Part shown: piece after piece, positions 1 to 9,001 of the stretch
Numbering within the stretch: the first letter of the stretch is position 1
How the letters are laid out: each line of letters starts with the position of its first letter
Virus record (IMG/VR): IMGVR_UViG_3300046744_000160
Location: 1-59,466 of that record
DNA: 59,466 nucleotides
Origin: a virus
Lineage: Duplodnaviria; Caudoviricetes
Reading direction: 5' to 3' (one strand)
Program-made: the position numbers and the translations under genes
The notes under the pieces: generated by a model
Told to the model about the DNA's origin: nothing
What the model saw: only the letters and a program-made list of their open reading frames with translations
The model's database searches: none

Positions 1-169
1 TGGTAAAGTCTGCTTCAGTAACGGAGCCTGTTTCAATACTACTAACTGCGGTAGCTAGACCGATATAGATACTGTTACCGGGAGTCGCAAAACTCTCCGC
101 GTTATTCTTAAACAGAAACTGCAAGATCGCGTGTTCTGTATAATTGGTTGCTGCATTTGACGTTGCCAT
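1..169 (-). CDS. Virion/tail structural protein, N-terminal part, truncated by window edge (MATSNAATNYTEHAILQFLFKNN...)
   Basis: Hand translation: ATG at 169 with AGGAG RBS upstream, open to the window edge; follows the adaptor gene in the same operon. Confidence 0.75.
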   Translation of the reverse strand, partial: MATSNAATNYTEHAILQFLFKNNAESFATPGNSIYIGLATAVSSIETGSVTEADFT

Positions 170-179
170 TTTTTACTCC

Positions 180-827
180 TCAAGTACGGGGCCGTTCCGG
201 CAAACCCCTGCGATACGCATCGCTGTTTTCTCTGGCCTCTGCCAGATCCTTAATCCTACTCAAAGCTTCTTGAAACTGCTTTTCGTAGACAACCATTAAG
301 TCCTGCTCACCCTTCATGTAAGTATATGCCTCGACCAATGAGCCGTAAAGCATGGCATTAGGGGCGTTTTCGCTCAACCATGTTGTACCAGAATCAGACC
401 CGGCTGTTAGTGATGCGGGCCTGTAATAATAATGAAGCTCTACTGCGTAATTGGAATCGGGAGTAGGCGCTACTATGAAGTTATCAATATCAAAAAAAGC
501 ATAATATTTTGGCAACCCAGTGGTTGCAGGATTGGGGGTATACTCTTGTAAGTAATTTACGTCTTTTTGTAACAAAAAAGTTTTCACGCTACTGCTTGTA
601 ACGGAAAAAGAAAAAGATGCTAGATAGTCAGTGGGAACAGAAAGATACGGATCATTCTGACTTAACGTGCTTGTAGCGTTCTTGCGAAAAACCTCTAAAT
701 CAACAAGTTTAAATATGCGTTGCTCTGCGTTTTTAATAAACGTAGGCAAATTTGTAACAAACGAAGTTTCAGTGTTCTCCGTGTAATCCTGTATCGCTGT
801 TTTTAGTTCTGCAAAAGTGTAGCTCAT
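180..827 (-). CDS. Putative head-tail adaptor/connector protein
   Basis: 215 aa; MSYTFAELKTAIQDYTEN...G.PKYY...APTPD.NY.VELHYY...WLSENAP.A.LYG.L.EA pattern recalled from phage adaptor proteins; structural operon position. Confidence 0.7.
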   Translation of the reverse strand: MSYTFAELKTAIQDYTENTETSFVTNLPTFIKNAEQRIFKLVDLEVFRKNATSTLSQNDPYLSVPTDYLASFSFSVTSSSVKTFLLQKDVNYLQEYTPNPATTGLPKYYAFFDIDNFIVAPTPDSNYAVELHYYYRPASLTAGSDSGTTWLSENAPNAMLYGSLVEAYTYMKGEQDLMVVYEKQFQEALSRIKDLAEARENSDAYRRGLPERPRT

Positions 828-1331
828 TTAAGCCTCCACTGTGACGGGCCCGACAGTCGCATTTTTACCCCCGCCTCGTGTATTACCTGCTGTTGCCGTT
901 CCTGAGGCGGCTGAGAAAGTATATGTGTTCTCGTCAACCACGGTGATAGAATACCCCGAAGCCTGTTCCAAAGTTGATTTAGTAAAACCATCAAAACCGT
1001 TTGCATTACGAAATCTAACCGTATCGCCTGTTGCTCTTCCATGTGCCGTTTCTGTGACCGTAATAGTCGCAGAACTTTGGGCCCCAGATTTAAAACTATC
1101 AATGCCCAATAATTGTATCACCGCAGGTTCTTCTCTAGCGGGTCTCGCGTCTTTTAAAGCCTCAGGGTCGTTTGCTTTCCGAAAAGGCCCTAATTGTGGG
1201 TGTTTCGGGTCAAACTCATCTGGTCCTACTATAGCGCCCGTCCATTCTTTACGCATGTCACGATATCTATACCTCTGCCCGGACCTGTCTGAGATAAAAT
1301 AAGCGTTTTTTCCAGAGGCAAATCGAGACAT
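828..1331 (-). CDS. Conserved virion-associated hypothetical protein (HPQ...DARP N-terminus plus beta-rich C-terminal domain)
   Basis: 167 aa; abuts or overlaps both neighbours (TAATG junction upstream). Confidence 0.7.
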   Translation of the reverse strand: MSRFASGKNAYFISDRSGQRYRYRDMRKEWTGAIVGPDEFDPKHPQLGPFRKANDPEALKDARPAREEPAVIQLLGIDSFKSGAQSSATITVTETAHGRATGDTVRFRNANGFDGFTKSTLEQASGYSITVVDENTYTFSAASGTATAGNTRGGGKNATVGPVTVEA

Positions 1332-1999
1332 TAGTTTACCCTTAGATATTGATATTGAGGAGTTACGTTGAAAGAAGACCTGTCTCTGTCTTCCGTCCGC
1401 GCTCTCTCAAATTCCTCTTCATACACTGCTTTAAGAAGTTGAATACGATCAGGAGCCCGTTTCATTGAAATGTAATAGGCTAAACCAGCAGCTAAACAAG
1501 GGTAAAACCTGAAAGGCATGTCCACTGTGTTAACAAGTGTGTCTGCATCATCCATGCGAACAAGAGCATCATAAATGATCGTGTCTGTAGCATTTTCGGG
1601 AGTTGTGTATAGTTTTAAGGACGGCGTTACTTGTCTATCTAAAAAGTATTGGCTGGGGCGTCCTTGAGTGGTTTTTGTTGGTATGGTGATATACCCGTCT
1701 CTGCTCAACCTAGTCATGGTAAGGTCAGAACCACTTCTCCTGCAAACAACGGAGAGAACATCAATTATATCCGCACCTAAATCATAGGCGTTTGTGCCTT
1801 GTGTCAAAGACAAAGTTCTTTGTTTTATAGTCCACTGGTTTAAACCACGATTGGCCCAATCAGCCAAAAGCAAGTTTAAAGAGCGTTTTGCGGTGCGGGC
1901 ATCGTATCCCGTCCGAAACTCTGTCCCGCACCGCTCAAAAGCTTCTTCGATGTAGTCATCGACTTGAAGCTCAAAGTTCTTTGACCCTGATACAGTCAT
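1331..1999 (-). CDS. Head-to-tail adaptor / tail tubular-type protein
   Basis: 222 aa; IEEAFERCG...GYD.RTA.RSLNLL.ADWANRGLN.W...P.RFYPCLAAGLAYY motifs typical of podovirus head-completion proteins. Confidence 0.75.
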   Translation of the reverse strand: MTVSGSKNFELQVDDYIEEAFERCGTEFRTGYDARTAKRSLNLLLADWANRGLNQWTIKQRTLSLTQGTNAYDLGADIIDVLSVVCRRSGSDLTMTRLSRDGYITIPTKTTQGRPSQYFLDRQVTPSLKLYTTPENATDTIIYDALVRMDDADTLVNTVDMPFRFYPCLAAGLAYYISMKRAPDRIQLLKAVYEEEFERARTEDRDRSSFNVTPQYQYLRVN

Positions 2000-2196
2000 T
2001 ACTTCTTAACTTTTCCACCACGCTTCATGCGCTTCTTAGCCATTCCACCGCCACGCATCATTTTTGGAGCAGCTTTTTTAGCCATTCCACCGCCACGCAT
2101 CATTTTTGGAGAGGTTTTTTTCTTCGCAGCACCACCACGAGCCATGCGTTTTTTAGCCATTCCGCCGCCCATCATCTTCTTAGCTTTTTTCATCAT
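1999..2196 (-). CDS. Very basic K/M/G-rich small protein built from MxxGG repeats (putative DNA-binding core protein)
   Basis: Start reassigned to ATG 2196 (GGAGG/AAGGA upstream); 65 aa MMKKAKKMMGGGMAKKRMARGG... Confidence 0.75.
   Translation of the reverse strand: MMKKAKKMMGGGMAKKRMARGGAAKKKTSPKMMRGGGMAKKAAPKMMRGGGMAKKRMKRGGKVKK
2036..2111. repeat. Exact 34-bp direct repeat with 42-bp period inside the basic-protein gene
   Basis: ttagccattccaccgccacgcatcatttttggag at 2036-2069 and 2078-2111. Confidence 0.95.
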
Positions 2197-2755
2197 ATCC
2201 TTTAAGCCTCCTGTAAAGCTGTTGACGTTTTTCATAAGCCACGTCGTTACCATAATACTCTTCACAATCCTGATAGTACCCGTTTTGTCTCAAAACTTCG
2301 GAAGCTTCCTGCAATTTTGAAAGCCTTTGTAAAAAAATCATAGCATAAGAGGTATCTACAGTCGATATAAAGTCTTCGTCGTCTAAAAACTCGTTCTCGT
2401 CGTCCTCTGGATGAAACCCCATGAGAAACATATCGCGGTTAATAAAAAATCCCTCCGCAATTGCATCATTCATTTTATTTAAAAAATCGTCCAATTCGTC
2501 CAAAGGTAGGGGACGAAAATCAATTATAACCACAACGTCTTTTGTATCATCCCATTGTGATATAAGCTTGTATAAATGTTGCCAATCAGCGTCATATTTG
2601 AAAGTTATGCCTACGCGATCTTCAGACCATGCTTTTTTGGCAAAAGGACAGGCGGGCAAACCGTTATAATTAGGGTTTGCGATCTCTAAAGCTTGCGCGG
2701 ACCATTCGCGTGTCTCAGAAATTATCTGTTGTTCTAGCTGAAAATCAGGAAGCAT
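2180..2755 (-). CDS. Acidic conserved protein, DUF1415-like (CPFA motif)
   Basis: 191 aa; PACPFAKKAW...MGFHPED...IFLQRLSKL motifs; GAGG RBS. Confidence 0.6.
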   Translation of the reverse strand: MLPDFQLEQQIISETREWSAQALEIANPNYNGLPACPFAKKAWSEDRVGITFKYDADWQHLYKLISQWDDTKDVVVIIDFRPLPLDELDDFLNKMNDAIAEGFFINRDMFLMGFHPEDDENEFLDDEDFISTVDTSYAMIFLQRLSKLQEASEVLRQNGYYQDCEEYYGNDVAYEKRQQLYRRLKGYDEKS

Positions 2756-2770
2756 AACTTACCTCTATGC

Positions 2771-3151
2771 CTACGAAACAGACCCTTTTGTAACCTTACG
2801 CCTGTTTGGCAATACTTTGCCGCAACCTCTGGCTACCGTCGCCCCCGTAGAAACCTTGCCTTTGTAAGGCCGTTTTGCCTTTGTTGTTGGCACTGCAACA
2901 CCGCCCTTTTCCATTTTTCGGACCTTTGCTGCTGGAGTGTTTGATACAACAGTTTTGCCCTTCGCTCCCTCTCTTTTTTTCTTACGAGCGGTAGAAGCTC
3001 TTTGGCTTTTTGAAAGGCTGTTTGCCTTACTTCGTGGTAAACAACGATCAGGGTTCTTCTTATCTTTTGAAGTGCCGCATTTACCTTTGATGTTACCTGA
3101 ACTATCAATTCGCACCCAATCTTGATTAACCCAATCCTTTAACGCCCCCAT
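2771..3151 (-). CDS. Small basic conserved phage protein (DUF5872-like)
   Basis: 126 aa; LKDWVNQDWVRI...CG...PDRCLP...RASTARKK. Confidence 0.7.
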   Translation of the reverse strand: MGALKDWVNQDWVRIDSSGNIKGKCGTSKDKKNPDRCLPRSKANSLSKSQRASTARKKKREGAKGKTVVSNTPAAKVRKMEKGGVAVPTTKAKRPYKGKVSTGATVARGCGKVLPNRRKVTKGSVS

Positions 3152-3153
3152 GA

Positions 3154-3417
3154 TCAGGCTCTTTTACTTTTCTTTTTTGATCCTTTAGCGTAATTTGGAT
3201 CTTTACAATATTTCGATGCAGCCATGTTAGCGTAAGCCGAAGGATATGTATCGAAAGTCCTTTTAGCCCATGCTTTACCTGCGGGGCATATCTTACTACC
3301 TTTACTCTTTGAACTAGCCCTGCCCCCCTTACGCATGTAAGTAACTTCTGTGTTTTTTGGTTTCGGCCCGGTTCTTACACGAGAACTGGTTGTTTTAGGT
3401 AGGTTAGATCTCATCAT
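3154..3417 (-). CDS. Small basic conserved phage protein
   Basis: Start reassigned to ATG 3417, overlapping the upstream stop; KICPAGKAWAKRTFDTYPSAYANMAASKYCK. Confidence 0.7.
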   Translation of the reverse strand: MMRSNLPKTTSSRVRTGPKPKNTEVTYMRKGGRASSKSKGSKICPAGKAWAKRTFDTYPSAYANMAASKYCKDPNYAKGSKKKSKRA

Positions 3418-3572
3418 ATTAAATGCTCCAATCCCGCGGCTAAGATAATCAAAACCGCAATACCCCACAAACGGTTATCCAAAGATTTTAACTTGTCTTG
3501 GATTTCCGCATAACGCTTGTCACAAGAGGCCTCATGCTTCTCAAGCTGTCTTAAAACTTCTTCGGGCGTCAT
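3414..3572 (-). CDS. 52-aa coiled-coil protein with C-terminal hydrophobic anchor (not in ORF track)
   Basis: Hand translation MTPEEVLRQLEKHEASCDKRYAEIQDKLKSLDNRLWGIAVLIILAAGLEHLI*; start and stop overlap both neighbours. Confidence 0.8.
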   Translation of the reverse strand: MTPEEVLRQLEKHEASCDKRYAEIQDKLKSLDNRLWGIAVLIILAAGLEHLI

Positions 3573-3862
3573 TAACATTTCCATCTTTTTCTAGCCTGAC
3601 GTAAACGACTATTTGGGTTTTTAGCCGCTTTAGGAAACTTCTTCATCTGACCCGCAGATCTAGCGCAAAAAGATTTACGCCGTTTTGCAGCAGCGCTACC
3701 CTTTTTTACTTTACCTGTGACTGCGGTTTTTAACTTAGAACCGGGATTTGCACGTCTATATGCCGCAACCCCAGCTTTAGTCATTCCCGCCCCAGATTTA
3801 GTGGGGCGGAAGTTCTTTTTGTTTCTGGCGGGCATTTTATCGTCACGTTTTTTAGTCGCCAT
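3572..3862 (-). CDS. Small basic conserved phage protein (DUF6321-like)
   Basis: 96 aa; GAGMTKAGVAAYRRANPGSKLKTAVT...RRKSFCARS...RKRWKC. Confidence 0.75.
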   Translation of the reverse strand: MATKKRDDKMPARNKKNFRPTKSGAGMTKAGVAAYRRANPGSKLKTAVTGKVKKGSAAAKRRKSFCARSAGQMKKFPKAAKNPNSRLRQARKRWKC

Positions 3863-3872
3863 TTAAAAGCCC

Positions 3873-4145
3873 TTAGTTAAAAAACACCGTTACCGCAGTT
3901 ATGTTTGTCAATGTTCCAACAAAAATGTCGCTTACGCGAATACCCTCTGCGGGGATGTTAACAGAGTGTGTCGTTGATTCGTTGAAATCAAGGTCAAGAA
4001 CAGTAGCGCCTCCAGTACCATCTGTAATGGTAAGACGTGGTGTGCCCGACGTTGTTTTCAACTGGATCTGACGTATACGAGCAGGGCCCACACCAAGTGA
4101 GCCCGTCCCCGTAATACGTTTGGATCTTACGTCTGAATCAGCCAT
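3873..4145 (-). CDS. Small beta-rich virion protein
   Basis: 90 aa; GGAGG RBS; in the structural operon. Confidence 0.7.
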   Translation of the reverse strand: MADSDVRSKRITGTGSLGVGPARIRQIQLKTTSGTPRLTITDGTGGATVLDLDFNESTTHSVNIPAEGIRVSDIFVGTLTNITAVTVFFN

Positions 4146-4157
4146 AAAGGCCTCCTA

Positions 4158-4619
4158 CTATGCGAGGTTGTTATTCTGCTGATACAGGATTGTTACACGA
4201 ACCTCACCCGCATTTGTTGCGGCAGAAGCTGTGACAGTCAAACGAATATCCGCTGTTCCCGTATCTTCCCAAGCCAACGCTCCACCAGATTGAGTAGTTG
4301 GATATTTGCGACCCGCAGTCGTTCCGATAGCGAAGGTGTTAACAAGCGTAGCTGCCCCACCAACCGTATCACCAACACTAAGATTGGTTGCGGTGTTAGC
4401 TGCTGTAATAACATCAATCACACAATCAATAATTTGAGAGTTTGCGGGAATAACGACATTAGTAACTTCCGCTGCAACGGCTCCGCCGGAAAGATCTACT
4501 GAAAAAGTCTGAGCCATTACAACTTGACCGACATTGGAAATGTCAGAGCCAAGAGTTGTGCCTGTCGTGTTCTTAATTGTTCCGGCCTTAATTGGACCCG
4601 AAAAAGTGGTAGTAGCCAT
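4158..4619 (-). CDS. Virion structural protein (MATTTFSGP family, possible head decoration/fibre)
   Basis: 153 aa; AGGAG RBS; directly downstream of MCP. Confidence 0.7.
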   Translation of the reverse strand: MATTTFSGPIKAGTIKNTTGTTLGSDISNVGQVVMAQTFSVDLSGGAVAAEVTNVVIPANSQIIDCVIDVITAANTATNLSVGDTVGGAATLVNTFAIGTTAGRKYPTTQSGGALAWEDTGTADIRLTVTASAATNAGEVRVTILYQQNNNLA

Positions 4620-4686
4620 GTACGTCTCCTGTCGTGGCTAGTGTCAAACGCCCATTGCGTTTGTCAGGGATAAAAAATCATACAAC

Positions 4687-4715
4687 AAAAAAGGGCGGCT
4701 GTGAAGCCGCCCTTT
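4687..4715 (-). terminator. Rho-independent terminator after the major capsid gene
   Basis: aaagggcggc-tgtgaa-gccgcccttt hairpin followed by a U-tract on the minus strand. Confidence 0.85.
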
Positions 4716-4737
4716 AACCCCTTTGGAGAAGAGGACT

Positions 4738-5643
4738 TTACGCGCCGGGTGTTCCGAACACTGAACGCCAATCTGAGACGCCGAAGCTGTAACGCTCACG
4801 GGCCTTAAACCGCATGTTTCCGGTGTCAAAGTCACCTTCCATAGCAGTTTTGATTGGTGAGCGGTTAAACATCTTGAAACCGTTAGGTGCGTCAGTCTTG
4901 ATGAAAAACGCATCTGTATCAGTCAAGAAGTGGTTAACCACCGCGCCGTCAGGGATCATACCCATTGACCGCATGGCATTCGTGTCATTGTCAGCAGTAC
5001 CGGGACGAAGGTTAGAGTTCATTACCCGCTCTGCAATAAACTGAAGTTCTTTTGGAATAATCAGTTTCATGCCGCGAATAGCAACTTTAAGCCCACGCTC
5101 ATCAGTGATGCCTGCAATGTCAATCAACATCTGCTCCAGAGAAGTCTCATTGAGATCTGCTGCTGTAGCAAGAATGTTTGTCTGATTGCCCGACAGTGAA
5201 GGGTGTGCGTTTGAACAAAGAGCCACACCATCGCCAATGGGAGAACCAGCAGCAAAGGCGTTGTTCAGAACAGCCGCAGCTTTGATTTGCTTTGTCTGTG
5301 CCATTGAACGAGCAAGGGCCTTTGTGTAACGAGACGCAAGACGGTCGTACAGGTTATCTTCAATCGCTTCTTCCGTGATTGAAAATGCCAGTGCAATCGT
5401 CTCATGTGTATAACGAGCCGTGTAGGTCTCTTGAGCATCGTCAAAGTTGATGGCAGTGCCTTCGCCTTTAACAGGTGCCGTTGAGAAGCCCCCCAGCATC
5501 ACTTCCTCTTCAAAGGCTCTGTCCGAAGACTCCTCTTCAAAGATTTCAGCGTGTTCGTTCTCGTAGCGATTGTATTCCAGACCAAACAGAGCGTTTAGGC
5601 CGGGTTCTAGCTCTTTTGCTAGTTGTGCGCGAGAAATAGCCAT
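4738..5643 (-). CDS. Major capsid protein
   Basis: 301 aa; MAISRAQLAKELEPGLNALFG...MEGDFDTGNMRFKARERYSFG is a recognisable marine-phage MCP family; follows scaffold and decoration genes. Confidence 0.92.
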   Translation of the reverse strand: MAISRAQLAKELEPGLNALFGLEYNRYENEHAEIFEEESSDRAFEEEVMLGGFSTAPVKGEGTAINFDDAQETYTARYTHETIALAFSITEEAIEDNLYDRLASRYTKALARSMAQTKQIKAAAVLNNAFAAGSPIGDGVALCSNAHPSLSGNQTNILATAADLNETSLEQMLIDIAGITDERGLKVAIRGMKLIIPKELQFIAERVMNSNLRPGTADNDTNAMRSMGMIPDGAVVNHFLTDTDAFFIKTDAPNGFKMFNRSPIKTAMEGDFDTGNMRFKARERYSFGVSDWRSVFGTPGA

Positions 5644-5660
5644 TGTCTAATTCTCCCTTC

Positions 5661-6308
5661 CTATATGCCTGTTGACAACGACGTTGTCTGTGACGCAGAA
5701 GCTGCCACAGGCGCGTTGTGGTGGAAATTAAACCGAACTACAAAATTTACCCCCGCTGATGCGAAATCAAGGTTTGCTTCATCTGTACTCAGATTAACAA
5801 TACGCATGAAAAGCGTGGCTGTGGTAGCCGCGGTTGAAATATCTAGTTGGGCAGTGGAACGACCAGTAGCGGTTGACCCTGACGTAGCTGACGCAAGCGA
5901 ACAGTTAGTAAAAAGATCAGCCAATGCTGTCGCACGGTTTGTGCAAGTTGTGTCCGCAGAAACCATAAACAATTGATTAGGGTTGTCTGCCACAAAAGCT
6001 TTCACTGGAAAGTTCGTATCAACGCTGACGTTGTTTGAACCGGGCCAGTAGTTTTTGAAGACAGTCTTCTTAGAAGTGCTGTCTACATATTCAACGCCCA
6101 TAAGGACTCCAAGGGCTGGAACCGTACCACCGTTTGCATTGCCAACAATGTCAATTACGCCCGCAGCAAGCGGGATAACTGGTGAATGCTGATAAATAGC
6201 ATTCGTATTGTCATTGGCAATCTCATATTGAGTCACACCAGTAGTGTTCGCTCCAGCACCATTTAGTCCGATTGGACGCAGACCAAAAGAAGTATCTTGG
6301 TTTGCCAT
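5661..6308 (-). CDS. Capsid-associated (decoration/cement-like) protein
   Basis: 215 aa MAN.D..FGLRP family directly upstream of MCP. Confidence 0.7.
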   Translation of the reverse strand: MANQDTSFGLRPIGLNGAGANTTGVTQYEIANDNTNAIYQHSPVIPLAAGVIDIVGNANGGTVPALGVLMGVEYVDSTSKKTVFKNYWPGSNNVSVDTNFPVKAFVADNPNQLFMVSADTTCTNRATALADLFTNCSLASATSGSTATGRSTAQLDISTAATTATLFMRIVNLSTDEANLDFASAGVNFVVRFNFHHNAPVAASASQTTSLSTGI

Positions 6309-6327
6309 TTTCTACTCCAATCAGGCC

Positions 6328-6813
6328 CTAGTTTTTAGGGCCACCAAAGGTTACACGCGATTGACGATCAGGTTTACTAATCGTCATGGTAGAGTGAGAA
6401 TTTTCTCTCATCATATCGTGATCCACGGCTTCCATCTGATCAGCATTCCTACCATCAAAGTAGGCTTTCCTTTCAGCAACCGTTTCCAACGGAATACGAG
6501 CGAGAACTAATCCGCCAACTCCAAACACACCAGCATATTTACCTGAATCAATGACGGGAGCCTCAAAATCCGGGTACTCATCTTGGCGAACCAGTTCGTA
6601 TCCTTCGCGTAGACGAGCAGAAATGTTTTTCTGATCATCAAATCCACGAACTTCGGATCTAATCCAACGATGCTTGTACCCGTCGGGCGCAGGTGGTGCG
6701 TCTAGCATAGACGGGGGAGCCCAAGGCTTACGCCTCGTCTCTTTCTCCCTTGTCTTACTAGCACGGGAGCTACGATCAATACCGTCAGTTTTTGTGATTT
6801 CAAACTCAGACAT
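6328..6813 (-). CDS. Conserved head-morphogenesis protein
   Basis: W.PPS.LDAP.AP.GY.HRWIR...REGYELVR...GVGGL.LARIP motifs; AGGAG RBS; between scaffold and capsid genes. Confidence 0.7.
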   Translation of the reverse strand: MSEFEITKTDGIDRSSRASKTREKETRRKPWAPPSMLDAPPAPDGYKHRWIRSEVRGFDDQKNISARLREGYELVRQDEYPDFEAPVIDSGKYAGVFGVGGLVLARIPLETVAERKAYFDGRNADQMEAVDHDMMRENSHSTMTISKPDRQSRVTFGGPKN

Positions 6814-6818
6814 CAATC

Positions 6819-7697
6819 TTACTCCTTAACGTACTTAGCATATTCCTCAAGAGGCACACCAAGTTTCTTGGCAATTGCAACTTGAGAAGCGGTCAATTTG
6901 ACCTTGCGAGGTCCAGATGCTTTAGCGGTTCTAGATGCGGAAGCTACCGTCTGAACTGGTCGGGAGCTTCTCTGACCGGGCTTTTCAAGCTTATGTGCAA
7001 ATTCCTCTGCAATACGCCTGTCAAGCTCATTATAGTAGTCATCCGACGCCGGGTCAAACCCTTCGTCTTCAATTAGTTGTTTATGTATCCCAAAAGCCGC
7101 ATAAGTCATGGTTTGATCCTTGCCAAACCACTCATTACGGTCTGCCCAATCTTCGGCTTTGGGGTCAGGCCTTTGTGGGGGAGCTTCCGGCGCAGCCTGT
7201 TGCGCTGGAACCTCTGCATCGGTCTCTTCTTTGACCCTAGATTGCGCTTGAAGGGCTCTTTCCCTTGCTAAAGTTAAAGACGCAAGTTGTTGTTGAGCCT
7301 CAACCGCAGCATCCGTGTCTCCAATTGACATGGCTTGCCGAAGACTGTTTTTAGCAGCCTCTAGTTCACTCTCAACCCTGCCTGAATATTCCTGAACATA
7401 ACCTTGGTCAAGTTTACTCAGCCTAGCTTTTAACTCTTCAGATTCTCTTTTGACCGATTCCGCATATTTCAATGCGTCCTGCTCTCGACGCTCTGCCTCC
7501 CGGCGAAGCTTTGTCAAACGGTCTATTCGATCCTTAGACGTGGGTTTACGCTCTTTTTGAGGTTCTTCTGGTTCAGCTTCAGCTATCGCCTCAACACCCT
7601 CTGACTCTACCTCAATCTCAACGCTTTCTACCCTATCTTCTTCAGTTAAGTCTTCGGTCTCTTGGACCTCTTCTTTTTCTTTTACTGCGTTTTCCAT
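6819..7697 (-). CDS. Putative capsid scaffolding protein
   Basis: Acidic N-terminus, long coiled coil, W...N.WFG motif, C-terminal V.LT.SQVAIAKKLGVPLEEYAK. Confidence 0.75.
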   Translation of the reverse strand: MENAVKEKEEVQETEDLTEEDRVESVEIEVESEGVEAIAEAEPEEPQKERKPTSKDRIDRLTKLRREAERREQDALKYAESVKRESEELKARLSKLDQGYVQEYSGRVESELEAAKNSLRQAMSIGDTDAAVEAQQQLASLTLARERALQAQSRVKEETDAEVPAQQAAPEAPPQRPDPKAEDWADRNEWFGKDQTMTYAAFGIHKQLIEDEGFDPASDDYYNELDRRIAEEFAHKLEKPGQRSSRPVQTVASASRTAKASGPRKVKLTASQVAIAKKLGVPLEEYAKYVKE

Positions 7698-7705
7698 AAT
7701 TGCCC

Positions 7706-8143
7706 TCAATTGTGAAGAATATCTTCTGGGTCTAGAATGGTGGCGAGTATTTCATCATCATTCAAAACCCGGACTTCGCCGCCTTCAATCTTAAAACGAG
7801 AACCAGCGTATCGCGCAAAGATCACCCAATCTCCTTCTTGGCACCACGGCCCATCAGGAAACTTTTGTCCATCTGCATATGCTAAAGGCCCGGTTTTAAG
7901 AACGTAACCAACTTGAGTTGATATCTCGTTCTGAGTAACGGCTTGGTCGGGAAGCCATACACCGCCGCTGGTTTTAGCTTTGCCTTTATATGGCAAAACA
8001 AGAATACGCCACCCAGTGGGTGTAGGCATTCTATCTAGAAGGGGTTTGTCTATGAGAGTGGGATCAAGCACTCTCTCTGAGGGATCAACCCAAGGGGTTG
8101 ACGGCACTTCTGCCGTATTTTCTGCTTTCGCAGCTTCAGTCAT
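7706..8143 (-). CDS. groES: Co-chaperonin GroES (Cpn10)
   Basis: PTGWRILV...KTSGGVWLP...GYVLKTGP...GDWVIFARYAG...VLNDDEILA matches the Cpn10 signature. Confidence 0.92.
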   Translation of the reverse strand: MTEAAKAENTAEVPSTPWVDPSERVLDPTLIDKPLLDRMPTPTGWRILVLPYKGKAKTSGGVWLPDQAVTQNEISTQVGYVLKTGPLAYADGQKFPDGPWCQEGDWVIFARYAGSRFKIEGGEVRVLNDDEILATILDPEDILHN

Positions 8144-8333
8144 CTAATCGCTCCTGTTTATCTAGCAGGCTCTTGAGTTCCTGTTGAATATATTCCAAGC
8201 CTTCGATGTTTCCGATCAATTGCTTGTAATGTAGCATGTCCTTTACGCCGTTTGAGATAACAAGTTCAGAGATCTGTTCTTTCTTATCGCCAATCAGCTT
8301 CAGGATATGGTTCGTAATGATTATTCCATCCAT
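8136..8333 (-). CDS. Conserved hypothetical protein
   Basis: 65 aa helical; overlaps the groES start. Confidence 0.7.
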   Translation of the reverse strand: MDGIIITNHILKLIGDKKEQISELVISNGVKDMLHYKQLIGNIEGLEYIQQELKSLLDKQERLDD

Positions 8334-8370
8334 ATAAGAATATATACGTCGTTATGCGGAGATATGCAAC

Positions 8371-8757
8371 TTACTTCTTGCCGAAAAATTTAGTCGCAGC
8401 CCGCGTTCCAAATGAAGCGGATACGATTATTCCTAACGTGTATTTATAATATTCCGGCATAGCGTTCAAAGCGGTAAACCCGTCAGTGACTATCTGCCTG
8501 CCCCAGTCGCCACAGAAAGCTAATACAAGCGGTACTGAAAATAAAATAGTAAGCCATTCGTCTTTCCAAGAGTTTTGGCTACCTTTAGCCATCTCTAGAT
8601 CCCAGTCGATCTCACCCGTGGCCTTTTTTTCCATAATAACCGCTTCAGCCTTGGCCTTTGCGACTTTCGTTGCGCTTTCTGCCTTAGTTTTTTCCACTTT
8701 ACCATCTAGCCACGTCCCTGCTAACGAAGCGATTGGTCCTATGAGGGCCTGTAACAT
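8371..8757 (-). CDS. Putative holin (3-TM type)
   Basis: 128 aa; SWKDEW motif, hydrophobic helices, ASFG.R and basic C-terminus. Confidence 0.7.
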   Translation of the reverse strand: MLQALIGPIASLAGTWLDGKVEKTKAESATKVAKAKAEAVIMEKKATGEIDWDLEMAKGSQNSWKDEWLTILFSVPLVLAFCGDWGRQIVTDGFTALNAMPEYYKYTLGIIVSASFGTRAATKFFGKK

Positions 8758-8758
8758 T

Positions 8759-9001
8759 TTAGTATACCTTTACTATTTCGGGATCTACACGGCGCGGCAC
8801 ACAGTATGCCGTCACCCGGTCCTTTTGGTCAATGTACTGCGATAACCCGTAGTTGCCATACCTTTTGGACACTTCTGAGGCAAAATAATTACATTCTGTA
8901 ACCGAATAAAAATACATGTCCGCACTGTCTAATTTGCGAAACTCCCCCGTACCAAGATACACCAACAATAAAAAGGCATCTATCACTTCCGGCTCATCCA
9001 T
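8759..9001 (-). CDS. Hypothetical protein with two Cys (C...A.C.P)
   Basis: 80 aa; coupled within operon. Confidence 0.6.
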   Translation of the reverse strand: MDEPEVIDAFLLLVYLGTGEFRKLDSADMYFYSVTECNYFASEVSKRYGNYGLSQYIDQKDRVTAYCVPRRVDPEIVKVY

